In this document: positions 57,601 to 64,000 of the stretch, piece after piece
Layout: each line of letters begins with the position of its first letter
How positions within the stretch are numbered: the stretch's first letter is position 1
From: Candidatus Latescibacterota bacterium
GTDB lineage: Bacteria; Latescibacterota; UBA2968; GCA-2709665
Direction: 5' to 3'
Assembly (NCBI GenBank): GCA_965208835.1
Contig: OZ242358.1
Span: 928,001-992,000 of the forward strand
Length of the DNA: 64,000 bases
Translations under genes and position numbers: made by a program
Notes under the pieces: model-generated
Databases searched by the model: none
The model's input: the letters and a program-made list of their open reading frames with translations, nothing else
Told to the model about the DNA's origin: nothing

Positions 57601-57782
57601 TAAACGACTGTAGCTATTCGGGATTCTCTACGGCGGTCTCGACATCGCAATCCGGCAGGTTTCCGGCGTTCACGATGGCCGATTCCCTGCGCCCGTTGGC
57701 ACAGAAAATGGCGATTCCGTTCCGGAAAAACGAAAACGCAGTCTAAATGCCTTATTTCCCGTCAATAACGACCCTTAACCTA

Positions 57783-57821
57783 TTGACAAAGTCGGGTTTG
57801 TGACGTAATATATGGTATGAT
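57783..57821 (+). promoter_or_regulatory. Sigma70-type promoter of the cell-wall gene cluster
   Basis: TTGACA-N17-TAATAT, plus a nearby TGGTATGAT extended -10. Confidence 0.5.
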
Positions 57822-57841
57822 ATATTACTCACGATAACAAG

Positions 57842-58624
57842 ATGTTGCGACGGCTGGCCGTGTCCTGTTCGATTTCACGAATATTGCCATGTCTCTTCCG
57901 GTGTGTGGTGCTGGTTTTACTGGCGGCGTGCGCGACTCCAAGCCGGAGGACCGCTCCCCCGTCAGTGGTCGTTAACGAGGATTTCGATCCGCAACGACTC
58001 GACGACGACGACTTCCTGCTGAAACCGCCTGCCGGGGCAGAGACAGCTCAGGTCGATCAGACTGACGCGCCCGTTCCAACTTTCGTTAACGTAGACGGAT
58101 TTCGCGTGCAGATTGCGGTGGTATCCAGTCCGGACCGCGCCGCGACCGTCAAGGACGAGGCGGCAGCAATATTGGGCGCTCCAGTACATATCTACCGTGA
58201 TCCGGACACGGGTCTGTATAAAATACAGGCCGGAAACGGGCGTGCCGCGGCAGAGGTCGAAGCGCTGCTCCGGCGGGCCAAGAGCCAGGGGTACCCTGAA
58301 GCATTTATTGTGCGAACCCGGATCGAACTCCCTCGCGCCGCGGTTTACGGGCCGGAACCGGTGGTCGGATTCCGCGTTCAGGTTTTTGCGGCGTCGAACC
58401 GCGCCGCGGCTGAGAGCGAGATGGCCAACGTCCGGGACACCCTGGGACAGGACGACATTTATATAGAATCCGAGCCTCCGTACTTCAAGGTGCGGATTGG
58501 AAACTTCCGTACGCGGGAAGCCGCGGAAGGGTTCACGGAAAGGCTGCAGACTTACGGATACGATACACCCTTTGTAGTCCGGACACACATAGAAACAACC
58601 ACAGAACAGACAACCGACAACTGA
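57842..58624 (+). CDS. Lipoprotein with two SPOR domains
   Basis: LAAC lipobox; two GFRVQ...YKIQAG/FKVRIGNF domains. Confidence 0.85.
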   Translation: MLRRLAVSCSISRILPCLFRCVVLVLLAACATPSRRTAPPSVVVNEDFDPQRLDDDDFLLKPPAGAETAQVDQTDAPVPTFVNVDGFRVQIAVVSSPDRAATVKDEAAAILGAPVHIYRDPDTGLYKIQAGNGRAAAEVEALLRRAKSQGYPEAFIVRTRIELPRAAVYGPEPVVGFRVQVFAASNRAAAESEMANVRDTLGQDDIYIESEPPYFKVRIGNFRTREAAEGFTERLQTYGYDTPFVVRTHIETTTEQTTDN

Positions 58625-58737
58625 ACGCGTACGGGGATGACCGCGAGCGGTCATGTTGTGGTGGCCGCCGCGAATGCAGGCCTGCTTTGCGCGACCGGTC
58701 CGCTACTCGTTCATCGGAGTCTCCGGTGGCCGTGTTT

Positions 58738-60621
58738 ATGGATCGACTTTTCCAGAATGTCCAGATGAGAGTACGTTCGCTGAACCATGGCGTTGCGCAT
58801 TGCAGCCTTATCCTGGCGTTGCTGCTTTCGGGATGTTCGACCACGAAGCAGGTTTCAACGTTTCCCGAAGCGGAAGCGCCGGCGCAAGCCGCCGGGCCCA
58901 CGGCGACCGTCGCGGATTCCCCGGCGGTCAGAACAGCACGTCCTCGTACGGACCACGAACGACTTCAGCGAGCCCTGGACACACTTGACGAGGTTCGCCG
59001 GAACAGCGCGGCGATATCCGTGGAACGCGTATGTATTCTGCTCACCGATTCCACGGTCACAGGATCACTGACGCAGGTGCGCCACCTCGAACTGCTCAGG
59101 GCGACGTTAAAACGCTATCGGGATGTGCTGCCGCCGTCCGCGCTCGTGCGGCCGAATTCCGTACTGGGGCGGCTGATTGACGCGATTCCCGACAGCCTCG
59201 TTCCTCACTTGCGCGATGATGTTCATTACAAAGATCTCTATGTGCGCAAACTGGCAGGTTCCGCCGACATTCCGGTGGACTACAACGCCGAGGTCGTCAA
59301 GACTATCCGTTATTTCCAGACGACCGCCCGGAAGGCCTTCAAGGCCTGGCTTTCCCGTTCAACTCTCTATGAACCGATGATTCGCAGTTCTCTGCGTGAA
59401 GCGGGTTTGCCCGAGGATCTCGTCTATAAGGCAATGATCGAAAGCGGCTATAACCCGAGAGCCTATTCGCGGGCCAGAGCCGCCGGTATCTGGCAGTTTG
59501 TGAAAGGCACGGCGCGGCTTTACGGTCTCAAAAACAACGGCTGGATCGACGAACGCCGCGACCCCGACAAGTCCACGCGGGCGGCAATCAGGCATATTCA
59601 GCACCTTTACGGGTTGTTCGGAGATTGGCGCCTTGTCATTGCGGCATATAACTGCGGGCAGGGTCGCCTGGATCGTATTATCAGGCGTTCGGGCACGAAC
59701 GATTTCTGGAAGTTGAAGGGCCTTCCACGCGAAACACGCAGGCACGTGCCGCGGTTTATGGCGGCCCTGATTATCTCCAGAGACCCGGAGTGGTTCGGTT
59801 TTCATGACGTCGTCTACCAGGTTCCACCAGAGTACGATGTGGTACCTGTATCGGAGTACGTCCACCTTCGGGTGGCCGCCGAATGCGCGGGAACGACTTA
59901 CGCGCGAATGCGCAGTCTCAATCCCGAGCTCCGTTCAGGTTACACGCCGCCTTCGTCGCGCGGACCCTATGAACTTAGAATTCCCGCGGGTACCGCCGGC
60001 AGGTTCAAGGAAAACTATGCCCGCATTCCACCCGACCGGAAAGCGCGAATGGCCGAACATCGAGTGCGCCGGGGAGAAACCCCCGGCGGCATCGCGCGTG
60101 ACTGGGGCGTTCCAACTCGCACGGTGCTCGAGGCCAACAACATTAGGAATCCAAGACGTCTGCGCGTGGGCACGCTGTTGAAGATCCCGATCTTTCCGAA
60201 TAGCAAATCCAGGCGTACGGCAAGAAACCGTGCGCGCGTGACGGCGCCAGAACCGGACACCCACGGGAAAGTCTCGTACCGTGTAAGGAAGGGGGACACG
60301 CTGTGGGGAATCGGACGCAGGTATGGCGTCACTCCACGTCAGATCCGGGCGTGGAACAACGTCGGGAAGCATATTACGCCAGGAGACCGTCTGGTAATAT
60401 GGAGAAGTGACGCTCCTCAGGTTGCCCTGGCCAATCCTTCGGACCTGCATCGCGGAGATTTCTATATCGTGCGGCAGGGAGATACGCTCTGGGACATTGC
60501 CCGCAGTTTTCGCATCCGCGTCAACGACCTCAAGAAATGGAACCGTATCCGGAAGCCCGCAAGGCTCAGGGTGGGCGCACGGCTCCTGATACGACCATCC
60601 GGACTTCGGTCGGTGGACTGA
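58738..60621 (+). CDS. mltD: MltD-like lytic transglycosylase with three LysM domains
   Basis: LSGC lipobox; IESGYNP...AAGIWQF...AAYNCG...LPRET; three LysM repeats. Start codon uncertain (58687, 58738 or 58765). Confidence 0.88.
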   Translation: MDRLFQNVQMRVRSLNHGVAHCSLILALLLSGCSTTKQVSTFPEAEAPAQAAGPTATVADSPAVRTARPRTDHERLQRALDTLDEVRRNSAAISVERVCILLTDSTVTGSLTQVRHLELLRATLKRYRDVLPPSALVRPNSVLGRLIDAIPDSLVPHLRDDVHYKDLYVRKLAGSADIPVDYNAEVVKTIRYFQTTARKAFKAWLSRSTLYEPMIRSSLREAGLPEDLVYKAMIESGYNPRAYSRARAAGIWQFVKGTARLYGLKNNGWIDERRDPDKSTRAAIRHIQHLYGLFGDWRLVIAAYNCGQGRLDRIIRRSGTNDFWKLKGLPRETRRHVPRFMAALIISRDPEWFGFHDVVYQVPPEYDVVPVSEYVHLRVAAECAGTTYARMRSLNPELRSGYTPPSSRGPYELRIPAGTAGRFKENYARIPPDRKARMAEHRVRRGETPGGIARDWGVPTRTVLEANNIRNPRRLRVGTLLKIPIFPNSKSRRTARNRARVTAPEPDTHGKVSYRVRKGDTLWGIGRRYGVTPRQIRAWNNVGKHITPGDRLVIWRSDAPQVALANPSDLHRGDFYIVRQGDTLWDIARSFRIRVNDLKKWNRIRKPARLRVGARLLIRPSGLRSVD

Positions 60622-60672
60622 GTCAACCTCAAGGATTAAAGGGAGGATTCGCACACGCCTCATCAGTCGCTT

Positions 60673-61182
60673 GTGAAAGTCGTTCGAAATCTTCTGCTCA
60701 TCGCCCTGGCGTTGCTCATTCAGACTTCATGGGCGCATTCGGTCCGAATTCTGGATATCGGGCCGGACCTTGTGATCATCGTACTGGTTTACCTGGGCAT
60801 CTGCGGCGGACAGATTGAAGGCACGCTTTACGGATTCGCATCCGGCTTCCTGCTCGACATCTACAGCCCCGATACAATGGGAGTGAATGCGCTTGCAAAC
60901 AGCGTGGTCGGGTTTTCCGTCGGACACTTCCGGGCGGGCGTCAGTGTCGAAGATTTCCGGGTGCAGGCTTTGCTGCTGTTCCTGGCAGTTGTCTTACACG
61001 ATCTGATCTATTTTTTGTTCGCCAACATTCTCTCGAATCCAGATGCGATAGTGGGATTGATCTTCAGGTTCGGGTTCGGGACGGCATTATACACTGCAGT
61101 CGTTGGAGTCGGCATTTCGCTGGTATTGTCCATTCGCTTCAACAAAGGGATTTACCTCGATGCACGACGACTTTATGGATAA
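60673..61182 (+). CDS. mreD: Rod shape-determining protein MreD
   Basis: PDLVII...GFASGFLLD...GVNAL; directly upstream of mrdA. Confidence 0.88.
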   Translation: MKVVRNLLLIALALLIQTSWAHSVRILDIGPDLVIIVLVYLGICGGQIEGTLYGFASGFLLDIYSPDTMGVNALANSVVGFSVGHFRAGVSVEDFRVQALLLFLAVVLHDLIYFLFANILSNPDAIVGLIFRFGFGTALYTAVVGVGISLVLSIRFNKGIYLDARRLYG

Positions 61183-63052
61183 CGGTTTTCGGAAGACCCG
61201 AACGCGATGGATGATGTCGGTGGTGATCTGCCTGTTCGCCATTCTATTCGTCGGGATATTTCGGCTGCAGATCACAGACAGCGAACGCTACCGCATCCAA
61301 TCCAAGAAGAATACGATGCAGGTCGTGCCCATCGATGCAGGCCGCGGCCTGATACGGGATCGTAACGGCGTGGTTCTCGTAGACAATCGTCCCTCGTACA
61401 CCATCTCCGTGCTTCCTCAGCGACTGCGTCGAAACACCGATCTGACGGTTCGCGGCCACGTAGTCAACAGGCTCAGTCAGGTTGCGGGTCTGCCGGTTCA
61501 ACACATCAACCGAAGACTCACGGACCGAAACCGTCGATTCCACGAGCCGGTAAGGATTTTGCGAGACGTTGGATTCAATATCGTGTCTGTCGTGGAAGAA
61601 GAGCGCCACGATCTGCCTGGCGTGGAGATACAATTCGAATCACGGCGGGGATATCTGAGCTACAATGGCGGCCTTCCCCTGGCGCCCCATATCATCGGGT
61701 ATGTCGGCCTGATGGATGCGAAGACCTATGAGCGCAAGCGTGAGATGGGTTACCGACTCGACGACCAGATCGGCAAGCGGGGCGTTGAACGCATGTGCGA
61801 GTCGGCGTTGAGGGGCCGGGAGGGCATGAGATTCATCGAGGTCGACGCCTTCGGCAGGGAAGTTGGCAGCTTTCCCGACAAGACAACCCGGCCCGTACGT
61901 GGCAACGACATCCTCCTGACCCTGGACTGGCGGCTGCAGCAGGCAGCGGAACTTGCGTTTACCGATTCGCTGAGAGGCAGCCTGGTGGCAATGGATCCGA
62001 ACAACGGAGAGATCCTTGCCATGGTCAGCAAACCCGGCTTTCATCCGCGGTCAATCCGTAACCTTAGCCAATGGCGGACCCTGCAGGCCGACACGTCAAA
62101 TCCCCTTCTGAACCGCAGCATACGGGGCGAATACCCGCCCGCGTCGGTATTCAAGATGATTGCGGCGATTGCCGGCCTGGAAACGGGCCTGATCGATTCG
62201 GAAACGGCGCGTTTCCGACCGTGCAGGGGCAAAATGCGATTCGGTGACAGGTTCTTCCGCTGCCACAACGCCTCAGGGTGTGGCCGGCTGTCGCTGCGAG
62301 GAGCGCTCGTCCGGTCCTGCGACGTTTATTTCTACCAGTTGGGACGCAAGGTTGGCATTGCCAACTGGAGTCGCTACACCAGAATGCTCGGATTCGGTCA
62401 ACCCACGGGGATCGACATCGCTGCCGGAGGCGACGGCGAGGCCGCGGGCCTGGTGACCGACCGTTCGTACTATAAGGAACGTTACGGACACTGGGCGGAA
62501 GGCTACATGTTGAATCTGACAATAGGACAGGGCGAGACATCTGTAACCCCTGTCCAGATTGCCCGTTATATCAGTGCGCTGGCCGTCGGAAAATTGCCCC
62601 GGCCCCACGTCCTTAAGGATACGGCGCGCGAGTCCACGCCGGTTCAGATTTCCGCGCAGACCCTGAAGACCATTCGAAGTATCATGCTGGACGTCGTCGA
62701 GGATCCGTACGGTACCGGAAAACGCGCAAGGGTGGAAGGCGTGCGTGTGGCCGGAAAAACGGGCACCGCACAGAATCCCCACGGTGAGGACCACGCGTGG
62801 TTCACCGCCTTTGCGCCTGCGCACTACCCTGAAATCGTCGTGGCGGTTGTGGTCGAAAACGCGGGTCACGGAGGCGCGGTTGCCGCCCCGATCGCGGGAA
62901 AGGTTCTGGATGCGTATTTTGAGCTGGCACGGCCGAAAAAGAAGGCTGACACCATTGTGGCCGCACGCGTCGATGCCGAAACTGCTCCGGAAGAGAAGGA
63001 CGCCGCGTCCGCACCGCCGGGCAACCCGGCCCCGGGCGTGGTCTTGCGATAA
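61160..63052 (+). CDS. mrdA: Penicillin-binding protein 2
   Basis: RGLIRDRNG; SVFK (SxxK); SCD; KTGTAQ. Start at 61160 or 61175. Confidence 0.93.
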   Translation: MHDDFMDNGFRKTRTRWMMSVVICLFAILFVGIFRLQITDSERYRIQSKKNTMQVVPIDAGRGLIRDRNGVVLVDNRPSYTISVLPQRLRRNTDLTVRGHVVNRLSQVAGLPVQHINRRLTDRNRRFHEPVRILRDVGFNIVSVVEEERHDLPGVEIQFESRRGYLSYNGGLPLAPHIIGYVGLMDAKTYERKREMGYRLDDQIGKRGVERMCESALRGREGMRFIEVDAFGREVGSFPDKTTRPVRGNDILLTLDWRLQQAAELAFTDSLRGSLVAMDPNNGEILAMVSKPGFHPRSIRNLSQWRTLQADTSNPLLNRSIRGEYPPASVFKMIAAIAGLETGLIDSETARFRPCRGKMRFGDRFFRCHNASGCGRLSLRGALVRSCDVYFYQLGRKVGIANWSRYTRMLGFGQPTGIDIAAGGDGEAAGLVTDRSYYKERYGHWAEGYMLNLTIGQGETSVTPVQIARYISALAVGKLPRPHVLKDTARESTPVQISAQTLKTIRSIMLDVVEDPYGTGKRARVEGVRVAGKTGTAQNPHGEDHAWFTAFAPAHYPEIVVAVVVENAGHGGAVAAPIAGKVLDAYFELARPKKKADTIVAARVDAETAPEEKDAASAPPGNPAPGVVLR

Positions 63053-63121
63053 GCCGGGTCCGATGGGTCAATTCAAGCCCGGAATCCCATTCCCCAACTG
63101 ACGTTTCGCAGGAATCTTCAC

Positions 63122-64000
63122 GTGGTCCTTACGCGCATCTTCAAACAGGATTTCGACCTTCCGCTGCTGCTTGCAGTCGTTCTTGCCACACTGTTCGGAA
63201 TCGGTGCGATTTACAGCGCCACCTACAACTGGGAGTACGGCACCGCCGGTAGCATCTACGAAAGGCAGATCATCTGGAGTGCGATTGCCGTAGTCGCGTT
63301 TCTGCTCACCCTGTTCGTCCCGCCCAAATTTTATTACGCCTTTGCGTATATTCTCTACGGCGTTTCAATCTGTCTTCTGGTGCTGGTTCTGCTGTTCGGA
63401 GATAGTCGCTGGTTCGATCTGGGGCCGTTACATATGCAACCGTCCGAACTGGCCAAGATCGCAACCATTCTTGCCCTGGCAAGATACCTCTCCACGCGCA
63501 ATCTGGATCTGGACAGGCCTCGCTCACTTGTCACGTCCTTTTTTCTGGTCTTGCTTCCGGCAGTTCTGGTGTTCAGACAGCCCGATCTGGGCACCGCGCT
63601 GGTCTTCATTTCGGTACTCCTGCCTATGTTATACTGGGCCGGGATGAGACCTGTTGTGCTGTTTTTCCTGATTTCACCCTTCTTGAGCGTCATCTGCGCC
63701 TTCCATTACGTGGCGCTCGTTGTCCTGGTTTTGGCGATTGCCGCGGTCATTTTTCTGGTCCGGCCGCGTCGATTGATGACTGCCGCCATTGTCGTGGTCA
63801 ATCTCGTGGTCGCGGTCGGTGCACCGTATCTCTGGGAGCACAAGCTGCACGACTACCAGCGCAGGCGGATTCTGACCTTTTTGAACCCGGACATGGACAA
63901 ACTCGGCGCGGGCTACCAGGTCATGCAATCCAAAGTGGCAATTGGCTCGGGCGGTTTCAACGGTAAAGGATACTTGCAGGGTACGCAGACAAAACTCTCC
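63122..64000 (+). CDS. rodA: Rod shape-determining protein RodA (runs off the window)
   Basis: Read manually from GTG 63122: IYSAT...SRWFDLG...QPSELAK...QPDLGTA...YQRRRI...[15 protein letters not shown]...GTQ. Confidence 0.93.
   Translation, partial: MVLTRIFKQDFDLPLLLAVVLATLFGIGAIYSATYNWEYGTAGSIYERQIIWSAIAVVAFLLTLFVPPKFYYAFAYILYGVSICLLVLVLLFGDSRWFDLGPLHMQPSELAKIATILALARYLSTRNLDLDRPRSLVTSFFLVLLPAVLVFRQPDLGTALVFISVLLPMLYWAGMRPVVLFFLISPFLSVICAFHYVALVVLVLAIAAVIFLVRPRRLMTAAIVVVNLVVAVGAPYLWEHKLHDYQRRRILTFLNPDMDKLGAGYQVMQSKVAIGSGGFNGKGYLQGTQTKLS

Noticed and set aside
57696-57712. TTGGCAC sigma54-like site
   Set aside because: The -12 position reads GG rather than GC.

Overview
This is a high-GC bacterial window. 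The eukaryote-like LRRs, dockerin/EF-hand 'DFxAFA.xFG' tags and giant Calx-beta/Ig adhesins resemble host-associated (e.g. sponge-symbiont) Latescibacterota/Gemmatimonadota; that placement is inference only. About 1-47 kb is an accessory surface-protein island. It holds two tandem LRR proteins (the complete copy ends in a metzincin domain), a dockerin-tagged secreted protein, a GAF-PAS-kinase-receiver-winged-helix fusion regulator, and two giant paralogous autotransporter-like adhesins with sigma54 promoters. It also holds a 4xPAS kinase/sigma54-activator pair, small Cys/His proteins and a decaying paralog family. About 47-56 kb holds a sigma54-driven lipid-modification pair with its own two-component system, then an ABC exporter. 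From 56.5 kb the genes are housekeeping: lactonase, SPOR protein, mltD, mreD, mrdA, rodA. The main hunt result is a ~65-bp operator-like array of six phased ~11-bp units that occurs four times. One copy lies 188 bp before the intact fusion regulator; two others lie 187-188 bp before decayed remnants of that regulator's start. The copies sit upstream of the LRR genes, the dockerin gene, the kinase/activator operon and a small-protein locus. This suggests a two-tier regulatory cascade built by cassette duplication. No CRISPR, rRNA, tRNA, transposase or integrase was recognised.
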